DNA of 64,000 nt from Dehalococcoidia bacterium. GTDB taxonomy: Bacteria; Chloroflexota; Dehalococcoidia; UBA2979. Both the position numbers and the translations under genes were made by a program. Every line of letters starts with the position of its first letter. Positions within the stretch are counted from its first letter, which is position 1. Positions 27,294 to 36,897 of this stretch are shown one piece after another. The stretch lies in NCBI GenBank assembly GCA_963667465.2, contig CAXXDN010000002.1:1600001-1664000 (forward strand). Reading direction: 5' to 3'. Under the pieces are notes generated by a model. It ran no database searches and was not told where the DNA came from. It saw only the letters and a program-made list of their open reading frames with translations.

Positions 27294-27565
27294 TCCTCCT
27301 CCCGTTCGAAGCAGCTGATCACGATCACCGAGTCGTCGTGGGGGTGGCGCGTCCAGTAGAGGCCGTGCGTTTCGGTCGCGCTCTCAAACCGCTGTCGCGC
27401 CTCATCCCAAGAACTCTCTCCCCCGTTGAAGAACGTGCGGGTCGCATCCTCCGGCGTCGTACCGTGCCGCAATGTGATGTGCAGCATCTCTGGTACCTCC
27501 GCGTCGTAGTAGCAGCGAAAGCGCTCAGCACCGGCCTCGATGATCAGCGCCTCGCGAATCGGCAT
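27290..27565 (-). CDS. Small protein, putative BrnT/RelE-like toxin
   Basis: 91 aa with HITLRHG.TPEDA...F and a C-terminal VIVISCF strand. Upstream of the RHH gene, with a TACACT -10 box and an imperfect inverted repeat just upstream. Confidence 0.55.
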   Translation of the reverse strand: MPIREALIIEAGAERFRCYYDAEVPEMLHITLRHGTTPEDATRTFFNGGESSWDEARQRFESATETHGLYWTRHPHDDSVIVISCFEREEE

Positions 27566-27626
27566 GCCGCGAGTGTACTGCAAATAGCATTACATTGGGT
27601 GGCTCTTCCGGACACTGCTGGTACAG

Positions 27627-28874
27627 CTAGATCGCGCCGGCCGCGCGTAGCGACTCGATCTCCCCGGCGTCGAGGCCGATCTCCGCCAGCACCTCAGCGG
27701 TGTGCTCGCCGACGAGGGGAGCGCGGCGCGTGATCGCGAGCGGGGAGTCGGAGTACAGACCCCAGCTGCCGGGGTAGCGGAAGCTGTCGCCGAGCTCGGG
27801 ATGTTCGACGTCGACCCAGTAGCCGCGGTCCTCCCAGTGCGGGTCCGCGAGGATCTCGTCGACGCTGCGCACGGCGCCCCACGGCAGCCCGCGCTCCTGC
27901 GCCCCCCGGCAGGCCTCCTCGGCGGTGACCTGCGGGAAGAAGGCGTGCAACACGTCCGCGATGTGCTCCTGGCTCTCCTCGACGACCTGCGCGTCGCGGT
28001 AGCGCTCGTCCAGGAGGTCGGCGGCGGCGCCGTACTCGTCCATCCACTCGGCGAAGATGCGGACCCGCTCGGGCGAGATCCGCTGGTTGAACATCGCGTT
28101 GATGTAGGTGCCGTCCTTGCAGAGGTACTGCGTCCGGGGGCGCGGCATCGACCAGGCCGAGTGGCGGCCCGTCTGGCGGCGGACGACACGGCCAGTCGAG
28201 AAGTAGGTTGGGATCGCCGACTCCGTGGTGAGCGAGCAGGCCTCGTGGATCGAGACATCGAGGTGCTGGCCCTCACCGCTCATGTCGCGGTAGACGATCG
28301 CGGCGCTGATCGCGACGAGGGCGAAGTGGCAGCCGATGTGCCAGGCGTTGCCGCCGCCCGGCGCGATCGGCGGCGCGTCCGGGTTGTCCTCCTCGTCGTA
28401 GCCGCACTGCGCCATCTGGCCGCCGGCCGCCAGTTGCACGAGGTCCGTCGTCTGGAAGTCGCGCCAGGGGCCGTCCTGACCGAAGGGCGTGAGCGAGCAG
28501 TAGATCAGCCGCGGGTCGGCGCTGCGCAACTCGTCCGGGCCGAGACCGAGCGCCGCCAGCCGGCCGGGCGGCTGCGTCTCGAGGAAGACGTCGGCGCCGG
28601 CGACGAGGCGACGCAGCATCGGGCCGCCCTCGGCACTCTCGATGTCGAGCGTGATCCCGCGCTTGCCGCTGTTGTAGTGCCAGAAGGAGAGACTGCGGTC
28701 CGGGTGCGGCTCGTCGTGGTGGTAGGGACCGACCCGGCGCTCGGGCGCGCCTCCCGGCGGCTCGACCTTGATCACGTCCGCGCCGAGGTCGGCGAGCAGC
28801 CGTCCGCACCACTGGCCCTGCTCGCCGGCCAGCTCGACCACGCGGAGATCCGCGAGCGGGCCGCCGGCCGTCAC
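27627..28874 (-). CDS. Class III CoA-transferase, subunit lacking the catalytic Asp
   Basis: LADLGADVIKVEPP, N.GKR, PFGQDGP. GNAWHIG occupies the Asp position. Confidence 0.88.
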   Translation of the reverse strand: MTAGGPLADLRVVELAGEQGQWCGRLLADLGADVIKVEPPGGAPERRVGPYHHDEPHPDRSLSFWHYNSGKRGITLDIESAEGGPMLRRLVAGADVFLETQPPGRLAALGLGPDELRSADPRLIYCSLTPFGQDGPWRDFQTTDLVQLAAGGQMAQCGYDEEDNPDAPPIAPGGGNAWHIGCHFALVAISAAIVYRDMSGEGQHLDVSIHEACSLTTESAIPTYFSTGRVVRRQTGRHSAWSMPRPRTQYLCKDGTYINAMFNQRISPERVRIFAEWMDEYGAAADLLDERYRDAQVVEESQEHIADVLHAFFPQVTAEEACRGAQERGLPWGAVRSVDEILADPHWEDRGYWVDVEHPELGDSFRYPGSWGLYSDSPLAITRRAPLVGEHTAEVLAEIGLDAGEIESLRAAGAI

Positions 28875-30259
28875 GAGGCGGCTCCAGATCCGGCTGCCGC
28901 CTCCGCCTCAAGGTAAGGCTCGATCGGCAGGTCGTCGGGCCAGATCGAGCCGTCCCGGTAGCCCTCGCCAAGCTCCTCCGCGCTGAGGCCGAGCAGGCCG
29001 CACAGCACCTCGCGATTGTGCTCCCCAATGAGCGGAGCGGCCCTGCGCGACGTGGTCCCGGTCGCCGATGCGCGGAAGGGGAGGTTCTGGTAGCCCATCG
29101 GGCCGAGCCCGGCGTGCGGAAGCTCCGTGAACATCCCGCGATGGCGGAGCTGCGGATCGCGCGTGACGCGGTCCTCGTTGCTCTGGACGGGCATCGCGGG
29201 GACGCCGGCAGCCTGGCAGCGTTCGGCCAGCTCGTACTTCTCGAGGGTCTGCGTCCACGCCTCGATCTGATGGTCGAGATCCTCCTGGTGCGCGACCCGG
29301 CCGTCGTTGGCGGCGAAGCGGGACGCGCGCGCCCACTCGGGGTCGCCCATCACTCCGGCGAGGGCGCTCCATTGCTCGTCGTCGCGGCAGACGATCGCGC
29401 ACCAGTCGTTGTAGCCGCCGGGGGCCGTGCGGTAGGCGTTGTGGGGGGCGACCAGCGGGCCGCGGTAGTTGTCGAGGAGCGGCGTCCCCGGCCAGTGCGT
29501 GCGGTTGCCGGGCGGGAAGCCCTCGCGGCGCATCGGCCGGCCGTTGACGGTCGCGTCGAGGATCGCCGCTCCGGCGAGCGCGATCCCCGAGCCGACCTGC
29601 GAGAGGTCGACATGCTGGCCGCGGCCGGTCACGTGGCGGTGGTGGAGCGCCGTCATCACGGCGATCGCACCGTAGATGCCTCCGGTGTCATCGAGGTACG
29701 ACCAGCCCCAGCCGGCCGGCGGCTCGCCCGGCAGCCCGGAGAGGAACGTCATCCCGGAGAGCGCCTGCGCGCTCGGCCCGTAGGTGCGATAGGGGTGATC
29801 GCGGCCGGTGTGCCCGAGGGCGGAGAGCGAGACGTAGATGATGTCCTGCTTGATCTCACGCAGCTGCTCGTAGCCGAGCTCCCAGCGCTGCATCACCCGC
29901 GACGTGAAGTTCTCGATCACGACGTCGGAGACGGCGATCAGGCGCTTCAGCAACTCGCGGCCTCGCAGGTTGCGAAGGTTGAGGGTGACGCTGCGCTTGT
30001 TGACGTTCTTCTCGCTGAACCAGTGGCTGTTGTTGAGGTTCGGCTCGATGTGCTCGGGCCGGCCGGTGTTCGTGTAGCGGTCGTTGTGGTGGACAGAGCC
30101 GGGCGCGGGCCACTCGACCTTGATCACCTCCGCGCCGAGCGTGCCGAGGATGCGCGTGCCCCAGGGCCCGGCGCGCACCCAGCTGAGATCGACGACGCGC
30201 ACGCCCTCGAGGGCACGCGCACCGCCGCGGGCCGGCTGCCCGCCAGATCGCTCGCTCAT
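28871..30259 (-). CDS. Class III CoA-transferase
   Basis: LGAEVIKVE, NKRS, ENF, GHTG and WSYLD catalytic Asp. Confidence 0.9.
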   Translation of the reverse strand: MSERSGGQPARGGARALEGVRVVDLSWVRAGPWGTRILGTLGAEVIKVEWPAPGSVHHNDRYTNTGRPEHIEPNLNNSHWFSEKNVNKRSVTLNLRNLRGRELLKRLIAVSDVVIENFTSRVMQRWELGYEQLREIKQDIIYVSLSALGHTGRDHPYRTYGPSAQALSGMTFLSGLPGEPPAGWGWSYLDDTGGIYGAIAVMTALHHRHVTGRGQHVDLSQVGSGIALAGAAILDATVNGRPMRREGFPPGNRTHWPGTPLLDNYRGPLVAPHNAYRTAPGGYNDWCAIVCRDDEQWSALAGVMGDPEWARASRFAANDGRVAHQEDLDHQIEAWTQTLEKYELAERCQAAGVPAMPVQSNEDRVTRDPQLRHRGMFTELPHAGLGPMGYQNLPFRASATGTTSRRAAPLIGEHNREVLCGLLGLSAEELGEGYRDGSIWPDDLPIEPYLEAEAAAGSGAAS

Positions 30260-30266
30260 CGCCGCC

Positions 30267-30737
30267 TCAGTTCTCGAAACGCCAGCCGTCGGCCGCCTCG
30301 CCGCTGACGCGCCAGCGCGGCACGACGAAGGCGTCCTCCGGCGCGTGATCGTAGACCACCTCGACGGGCGCGCCGATTGCCGCGGCGTCCTCGTCGTCGA
30401 CGAGCACGCCGCCGATGCGCACCGGCTCGCCATTCGCGTTCGCGCAGTCGGGAAGCTCGACGAGCGCGACAACGTAGGGGACTGCCTCGCGGAAGGCGGC
30501 GAGCACCGGGTGGCAGACGACGACGTAGCCTGCGATCACGCCCCGCCCTGCGGACTCGTGCCAGCCGAGGTTCAGCGAGCGGCACGAGGGGCAGACCGGG
30601 CCGGGTGGGAACCAGCGGTGCGCGCAATCCTCGCAGCTGCGGACGAGCAGGCGGTGCGCGGCCGTGCCTTCCCACCAGCCGGCGCTGTCGAGGTCGGGCT
30701 GGTGGTTGATCAGCGAGTAGTCGATTGGCCCCGGCAT
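30267..30737 (-). CDS. Zn-ribbon/OB-fold protein (DUF35 family)
   Basis: CEDC...FPP...CPSC, GRG.I, PYVVALVEL. Confidence 0.9.
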   Translation of the reverse strand: MPGPIDYSLINHQPDLDSAGWWEGTAAHRLLVRSCEDCAHRWFPPGPVCPSCRSLNLGWHESAGRGVIAGYVVVCHPVLAAFREAVPYVVALVELPDCANANGEPVRIGGVLVDDEDAAAIGAPVEVVYDHAPEDAFVVPRWRVSGEAADGWRFEN

Positions 30738-30755
30738 CGTGCCTCCCCGGCGCTG

Positions 30756-32042
30756 CTAGCGGCGCAGCGCGACGGACCAGCCCTGGGCGGTGCCGCCGCC
30801 GCCGACGCTGAACGAGATCGTCGGGGGGCTCGGGTCGTTCCAATTGTCGCTCCGCCGGTCCTCGCGGCTGCGGACCTGGCGGCAGCCGCCCGCGCGGTCG
30901 TAGTGGTGCTCCCCGTCCGCCCAGCCGGGGCAGTAGTCGTCGGCCTTGCCGCGCAGCTGGCGCGTCATCTCGATCAGGTAGCCGACGCCGTGGGCGTAGC
31001 CCTCGGAGAGTTGGCCGCCGTTGGTGTTCTGCGGCAGCTCGCCGTCGAGGCCGATCCGCCCATCGCCGATGAAGGCTCCGCCCTCGCCCTCGCCGCAGAA
31101 GCCGAACGCCTCGAGGTACTTCATCGGCGTGGTGGTGAAGTTGTCGTACATCGTGACGATGTCGATGTCCTCGCGGTCGATGCCGGCGTTGGTGAAGGCG
31201 CGCTCGCCGATGTACTTGCTCCAGCCGGCGTTGACGTCCTGCAGTGCCCAGACCCAGTACGGCTGGTAGGAGGAGGCGCGCGCGTTCCCGCCGAGGATGT
31301 AGACGGGCGGCTGCGCGAGGTCACGCGCCCGCTCCGCGGAGGTGAGGATCAGGCAGCCGGCGACGTCGTTCTCCTGGCAGCAGTCGAGCAGCCGGAACGG
31401 CTTCGTGATCCAGCGCGAGTTCTGGTGGTCGTCGATGGTGATCACCTCGCGGCGCGTGGCCTTCGGGTTGTTGGTCGCGGCCTTGCGCTGGGTGACGGCA
31501 AGCTCGGCCATGTTGAGCGTGCTGTAGCCGTAGCGGTGGAGGTAGGCCATCGCTTCCATCGCGAAGCGGGTGGGCGCGCCGCGGATCCCCCACGGGATCT
31601 CGTACTGGTTCATGCCGCTCGCGAGTTGGGGCTGCGCGGCCCCGGGCTCCGAGCCTCGGGCGGTGGGGGCGCCGCCGCCCATGCGCACGCCGGAGCGACC
31701 GTTCATCGAGCGGAAGATCGCGATCGCTTCGCAGTGGCCGCCCTCGAGCAGGCCGACGGACTGGTGCACGAGCTGGCCGATGCTGTTGCCGCCGCCGAGG
31801 ATGTCGACGCCCACGTTGGTGCGGATGCCGAGCGCGGTCGCGACCTGGTCGTTCGTGCAGGAGTCGCCGGCGGAGGTCTGATGGCTGGTGATGCCGTCGA
31901 TCTCGTCGATGGCGAGGCCCGCGTCGCGGGCGGCCTTGAGGATCGCCTCGCAGGCCATCGAGAGCGTGGTCCGGCCCGACCAGCGCGAGTACTCGGTCTC
32001 CCCGACGCCGACGATGCAGTAGCGGCCGCTGACCCGGCTCAT
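30756..32042 (-). CDS. SCP2-type thiolase-fold protein (Ltp2-like)
   Basis: IVGVGET, P.RLLDCC.E.D, YDNFT, NTNGGQLSEGY.HG. Confidence 0.88.
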   Translation of the reverse strand: MSRVSGRYCIVGVGETEYSRWSGRTTLSMACEAILKAARDAGLAIDEIDGITSHQTSAGDSCTNDQVATALGIRTNVGVDILGGGNSIGQLVHQSVGLLEGGHCEAIAIFRSMNGRSGVRMGGGAPTARGSEPGAAQPQLASGMNQYEIPWGIRGAPTRFAMEAMAYLHRYGYSTLNMAELAVTQRKAATNNPKATRREVITIDDHQNSRWITKPFRLLDCCQENDVAGCLILTSAERARDLAQPPVYILGGNARASSYQPYWVWALQDVNAGWSKYIGERAFTNAGIDREDIDIVTMYDNFTTTPMKYLEAFGFCGEGEGGAFIGDGRIGLDGELPQNTNGGQLSEGYAHGVGYLIEMTRQLRGKADDYCPGWADGEHHYDRAGGCRQVRSREDRRSDNWNDPSPPTISFSVGGGGTAQGWSVALRR

Positions 32043-32332
32043 CGCGTGCTCCCGCCCCCGAGGAGCACTATAGCGGCGTTGCGGGCTCGGCAAGGTGAAT
32101 CAGGCGGGCCGACCCCCTCCCGTCACACCTTGAGCCTCACTCGATGAGGATCTGCACCTTCGCCAGGACATCCCCGACGGACCCGGCGGTGGGCGGGAGG
32201 AGACTGATCCACCCCTGGACAGCCCGGGCATTCGGCAAGCGCCGGGGAGTGGTGTCGGCTCGTGCCCGCGGTCTCCATGCCTCTATCATCGCCCCGGCGG
32301 GGCGTGAGGCCCGGCCCAGCGGGGAGCATCCC

Positions 32333-33097
32333 ATGTCGCTCATCGAGTACGAGCAGCAGGACCACGTGGTGACGATCGCGCTCAACCGGCCCGAGCGCCT
32401 CAACGCGATGGGGGGCACGCTTCGCGACGACCTCTGTGAGGCGTGGGTGCGCTTCAACGAGGATCCCGAGGCGCGCGTCGCGATCTTCACCGGGCGCGGT
32501 CGCGCATTCTGCGCCGGCCGCGACCTCAAGGAATCGCTCGAGGAGGGGCACGGTGGGCGCAGGGGCTACACCGAGATCCTCAGCCAGGACCTGGTGCCGC
32601 AAACAGCGAAGCCGACCATCGCGGCGGTGCATGGCTACGCGATCGCGGCCGGCTTCGTGATGGCGCTGGGCTGCGACATGATCGTGGCCGCCGAGGGCAC
32701 GAAGTTCCAGATGCAGCAGATCCGGCACGGCGGCACGATCGGCCACTACAGCCTCGCCATCCTCGAACAGTTGCCGTGGCAGTCGGCGATGGAGATGCTG
32801 CTCGGCGGCGTCGAGCTGGACGCAGGCCGCGGCTACGAGTTGGGGTTCGTGAATCACGTGGTCCCGCCGGACCAGTTGCTGCAGAAGGCCGGGGAGCTGG
32901 CGGCGAATCTCGCCGCCTTGCCGCCGGTGCATCTCCAGCGGACAAAGCAGCTGCTGACCGAGGTCCGCCCGCGGCCGACGCAGCAGGTCCGCGACCTCGA
33001 GCGCGAGACCCGCGAGTTCGTCGCGGGGCTCGAGGACACGACTGAGTCGATGAGAGCCTGGGTCGAGCGTCGGCCGCCCGTCTATCGCGGACGCTGA
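32333..33097 (+). CDS. Enoyl-CoA hydratase/isomerase family protein
   Basis: LNRPERLNA, GRAFCAG.DL, KPTIAAVHG. Confidence 0.9.
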   Translation: MSLIEYEQQDHVVTIALNRPERLNAMGGTLRDDLCEAWVRFNEDPEARVAIFTGRGRAFCAGRDLKESLEEGHGGRRGYTEILSQDLVPQTAKPTIAAVHGYAIAAGFVMALGCDMIVAAEGTKFQMQQIRHGGTIGHYSLAILEQLPWQSAMEMLLGGVELDAGRGYELGFVNHVVPPDQLLQKAGELAANLAALPPVHLQRTKQLLTEVRPRPTQQVRDLERETREFVAGLEDTTESMRAWVERRPPVYRGR

Positions 33098-33116
33098 CCC
33101 GGAGAGGAGCACGCTC

Positions 33117-34304
33117 GTGAAACTCGACGTCTTTACGGAGATCCAGAAGGCCCGCGCGAGCTGGGGTGACGACCACGAGCAGGACGTCATCGAGGAGTCC
33201 CTCGAGCAGGCGCGCCTCGCCGACGAGCTCGGCTACGAGTGCTGGTGGCAGGTCGAGCACCACGGAGCTACCGAGTTCAGCTACAGCTCGGCTCCCGAGC
33301 TGCTGCTCACCGCGATCTCGCAGCAGACGAGCCGGCTGCGGCTCGGACACTCGGGGGTGCTGGCGCCGTTCGTGGTGAATCACCCGATCCGCGTCGCGGA
33401 GCGCGCGGCGACACTCGACCGGCTCAGCCACGGTCGTGCCGAGATCGGATTCGCGCGCTCGGGCGGCCTCGAGTGGGAGACGTTCGGCGTCGACCCCGAG
33501 AGCTCGCTGGAGCAGGTCCGGCAGTGCATGCAGATGGTGAAGGGGATGTGGACGGAGAGCCCGTTCTCTTTCCAGAGCGACCTGTTCGAGATCCCTGAGC
33601 GCAACGTGATCCCGAAGCCGTTGCAGCAGCCCCACCCGCCGATGTGGCAGACCACCTCGAGCCCGGACTCCTTCCGGATGGCCGGGAACCTCGGGGTCGG
33701 CGTGCTCGCCACCACGCTGATGCAGCCGCTCGAGGTGATGGCGAGCCTGCTGGACGAGTACCGCGACGGCCTCAAGGACTGCGAGCCGGTCGGTGATTTC
33801 GTCAACGACCAGACCGCCGTGTTCACCTTCGTGCACTGCGCCAAGACCAAGCGCGAGGCGATCGAGAGCGGGGCTGCCGCCGCGGCAATGTGGTACGTGA
33901 ACTCGGCGCCCGCCGTCTTCAGGGTGGACCCCGAGATCTTCTACGACTCGATCCGCGGCGAGGTCCTCGAGGGCGCCGCCTCGCGGATCACGGTCTCCGA
34001 GGACGCGCCGGCGGCCCCGGCGAGCGAAGAGGACCTCGACGATCCGAACCCGGTGGTGCGGCTGCTTCGTCATGCAGCGGCCGGGCGGGATGTCTCGCCC
34101 GAGGAGGCCTACGAGACGCTCGATCCGCTGGACTCGATCATCATCGGCGATGTCGAGACGTGCCGGCGGAAGATGCAGCGCTACAAGGACATCGGCGTGG
34201 ACCGCCTGATGTGCTTCATGCAGATCGGCGATCTCCCGCACGACGCGATCATGCGGAGCCTGCGAATCACCGCTGAGGAACTGATGCCCGCGCTGGCGGA
34301 CTAG
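33117..34304 (+). CDS. Luciferase-like monooxygenase
   Basis: VEHH, SSAPE, HPIRVAERAATLD.LS.GR, PKPLQQPHPPMW. Confidence 0.92.
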   Translation: MKLDVFTEIQKARASWGDDHEQDVIEESLEQARLADELGYECWWQVEHHGATEFSYSSAPELLLTAISQQTSRLRLGHSGVLAPFVVNHPIRVAERAATLDRLSHGRAEIGFARSGGLEWETFGVDPESSLEQVRQCMQMVKGMWTESPFSFQSDLFEIPERNVIPKPLQQPHPPMWQTTSSPDSFRMAGNLGVGVLATTLMQPLEVMASLLDEYRDGLKDCEPVGDFVNDQTAVFTFVHCAKTKREAIESGAAAAAMWYVNSAPAVFRVDPEIFYDSIRGEVLEGAASRITVSEDAPAAPASEEDLDDPNPVVRLLRHAAAGRDVSPEEAYETLDPLDSIIIGDVETCRRKMQRYKDIGVDRLMCFMQIGDLPHDAIMRSLRITAEELMPALAD

Positions 34305-34399
34305 CCCCCGCCGGCCCGCCGGCTGTGTCGTTGGTCTCGGGGCGCCGTGACTTCCGGGTGCCAGCCGTTCTTCGGCGAGTCCACAGATCGAGGTGCGGG

Positions 34400-35791
34400 A
34401 TGGGACCAACGCGGCTGGCGCAGCTGGCGATCGCGCTCGCAGCGGCCGCGCTGCTCGCCTGCGCGGACGGCGAGGCCGTGAGCCCGCGCGATGCGGGCCC
34501 CGACGCGACCGCGTCGGCTTCGCCCACCGCGGGTCCGGGTGTCGAGCGGGATCTGAGCTTCCTCGCGGACTCCACCCCTAACTTCGAGATTGCGAGGATC
34601 AGGAGAGTCGGGGAGTCCGGCGACATCCGGCGCGCGTGGATGATCGTGGACATGTTGCGGTTCGTCCCGCCCGGACCCTCGGGCACCCATGGAGCGCTGG
34701 TGACCGCCTTCGCAACGCTGACGGGACAGCCCGAGGACGCCGTCGACTTCTGGGTGAAGGCCAGCAACCACCTGATCGCGAACGACGTCCCCGCACCGGA
34801 CGGCTACCGGCAATGGAAGGGCAGGGTCTACACCACGCTCGTCGAGGAGTGGGCCCCGTTCTTCGACGACGCCGACGCCGCGGTCGACTGGCGCCTGATC
34901 TCCTGGGGCGGCGTCGGGATCGACGATCGACCGGTCTACAGCGAGGACCGGCCGATCGAGGAGCTCGATCCGTTCTGCGGCTGCATCCCCGCACTCAACG
35001 ATCCGGCCGTCACTGCCGCCGCCGGAGGTGACTGGTACCCCGACGATCAGCTGGTCTTCGGCGTCGAGCTGAACGGCGAGGCGCGCGCCTACCCGCAGAA
35101 CCAGCTGCAGGTGCACGAGCTGGTCAACGACACCCTCGGCGGCAGACGAATCGCCCTCGTCTACTGCACGCTCTGCGGCACGGCCCAGGCGTTCTTCACC
35201 GACGCACTCCCCGAGGGCGCCCCGACGCCCCGCGGTACGCTCGAACTCCGCACGTCCGGCCTGCTGTCCCGATCCAACAAGGTGATGTTCGACCTGCACA
35301 CGTTCTCGTTCTTCGACACGTTCCGGGGGCGCGCCGTCAGCGGGCCGCTGCAGGATGCGGGGCTCGAACTGGAACCGCTGACGGTCGCCGTGGCGACGTG
35401 GGGCGAGTGGAAGGCCGGCCACCCCGCGACGACGATCGTGGCCGAGGACGGCGGCATCGGGCGGAGCTACCCCGCTGACCCCCTCGGTGGACGAGACGAT
35501 GACGGGCCGATCTTCCCGATCGGCGACGTGGACCCGCGCCTGCCGGTGCAGGACTACGTGCTCGGAGTTCGCACGGACCGCGTGACGGTCGCGTTTCCCG
35601 AGGCGCCCGTTCGCGCGGCGCTGGCGCAGGGCCTGTCGGTCGAGCACGACGGCGTCACGGTGCGGATCGTCGCAGGCGCGCTCGCCGCCTTCGATCGCGA
35701 CGGCGAGCCGATCGCGACGCACCAGTCGTTCTGGTTCGCGTGGAGCCAATTCTTCCCCGAGACCGACGTGTGGTCGGGGAACTACAACTAG
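34400..35791 (+). CDS. DUF3179 family lipoprotein
   Basis: Lipobox LLAC, IPALNDP, ARAYP...HE.VND, YCTLCGT, TSGLL..SN..M.D, FWFAW. Confidence 0.85.
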   Translation: MGPTRLAQLAIALAAAALLACADGEAVSPRDAGPDATASASPTAGPGVERDLSFLADSTPNFEIARIRRVGESGDIRRAWMIVDMLRFVPPGPSGTHGALVTAFATLTGQPEDAVDFWVKASNHLIANDVPAPDGYRQWKGRVYTTLVEEWAPFFDDADAAVDWRLISWGGVGIDDRPVYSEDRPIEELDPFCGCIPALNDPAVTAAAGGDWYPDDQLVFGVELNGEARAYPQNQLQVHELVNDTLGGRRIALVYCTLCGTAQAFFTDALPEGAPTPRGTLELRTSGLLSRSNKVMFDLHTFSFFDTFRGRAVSGPLQDAGLELEPLTVAVATWGEWKAGHPATTIVAEDGGIGRSYPADPLGGRDDDGPIFPIGDVDPRLPVQDYVLGVRTDRVTVAFPEAPVRAALAQGLSVEHDGVTVRIVAGALAAFDRDGEPIATHQSFWFAWSQFFPETDVWSGNYN

Positions 35792-35850
35792 CGAGCGGGC
35801 GGGGCGGGGCACCGTTGCCTGCCGGCTACCGCGTGCTAGCATCGCCTCCC

Positions 35851-36792
35851 GTGGCCACCGTAGCCGTCATCGGCGCCGGGGCGGTCGGCTCCTACTACGG
35901 CGCGCGCCTCGCGCAGGCCGGTCACGACGTGCGCTTTCTCCTTCGCCGCGACTACGACGCCGTCGCCGAGCGTGGCCTGCGCATCGAGTCACACCATGGC
36001 GACTTCGCGCTCGAACGCCCGGCGATCGCCCGCGACCCCGCCGCCATCGGCCCCGTCGACTGGGTGCTCTGCGGCCTCAAGACCACCGCCCTCGAGGAAG
36101 CAGCCGCCCTGATCCGTCCCTGCCTTGCACCCGGGACGCGCGTGCTTGCCATCATGAACGGCCTCGGCATCGAGGAGCGCCTCGCCGCCTCGCTCGGCAG
36201 CGAACGTGTCTTCGGCGGGCTCGCCTTCACCTGCATCAACCGGGGCGAACCGGGCGTCATCCACCACATCGAGTACGGCCAGGTCGGCATCGCGCACCTC
36301 GGCGACGACCCCGCCGAGCTCGACCGCGCCCTCGCGCTCTGGCAGGACGCGACCGTCGAGGTCGCCCGCCAGCCCTCGTTGTTGCGCGCGCGCTGGGAGA
36401 AGCTCTGCTGGAACGTGCCGTTCAATGGCCTCACCGTCGCCGCCGGCGGCGTTGACACCGAGGCGATCGTCGGCGACCCCGCCCTGCGCGCCGAGGCGCG
36501 CGCACTCATGGAGGAGGTCGTCGCCGCCGGCAACGCCGAACTTGCCGCCGCCGGCAGCCCCGAGCGCATCGACGGCGAGGCCGTCAGCTCGCGCATGTTC
36601 ACGCTGACCGACGCGATGGGCCCCTACCGCCCCAGCACCCTCATCGACTACCTCGAGGGCCGCGCCATCGAGGTGGACGCCATCTTCGCCGAGCCCGCCC
36701 GCCGCGCGCGCGCCCTCGGCGTCCCGGCCCCGCGGATGGAGCTGCTGACCGCGCTCCTCGCGCGGCTCGACCCGGGCAGGGACGATGCCTGA
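35851..36792 (+). CDS. panE: 2-dehydropantoate 2-reductase
   Basis: IGAGAVG..YG, K, NG, WEKL.WN.PFN, PS...D....E motifs. Confidence 0.88.
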   Translation: MATVAVIGAGAVGSYYGARLAQAGHDVRFLLRRDYDAVAERGLRIESHHGDFALERPAIARDPAAIGPVDWVLCGLKTTALEEAAALIRPCLAPGTRVLAIMNGLGIEERLAASLGSERVFGGLAFTCINRGEPGVIHHIEYGQVGIAHLGDDPAELDRALALWQDATVEVARQPSLLRARWEKLCWNVPFNGLTVAAGGVDTEAIVGDPALRAEARALMEEVVAAGNAELAAAGSPERIDGEAVSSRMFTLTDAMGPYRPSTLIDYLEGRAIEVDAIFAEPARRARALGVPAPRMELLTALLARLDPGRDDA

Positions 36793-36897
36793 CGGCCGGT
36801 GGCCGCGCGTTGGCGCATGGGTTCGGCGGCCCAGGCAAGGGCCGGCACTACCTGGTACCGTTCCTCGGGGCGGTCGTGCTCGTAGCGGTCTGAAGGC

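Noticed and set aside
34400-35791. Selenoprotein possibility for DUF3179
   Set aside because: The CxxC motif is encoded with Cys codons and there is no in-frame UGA.
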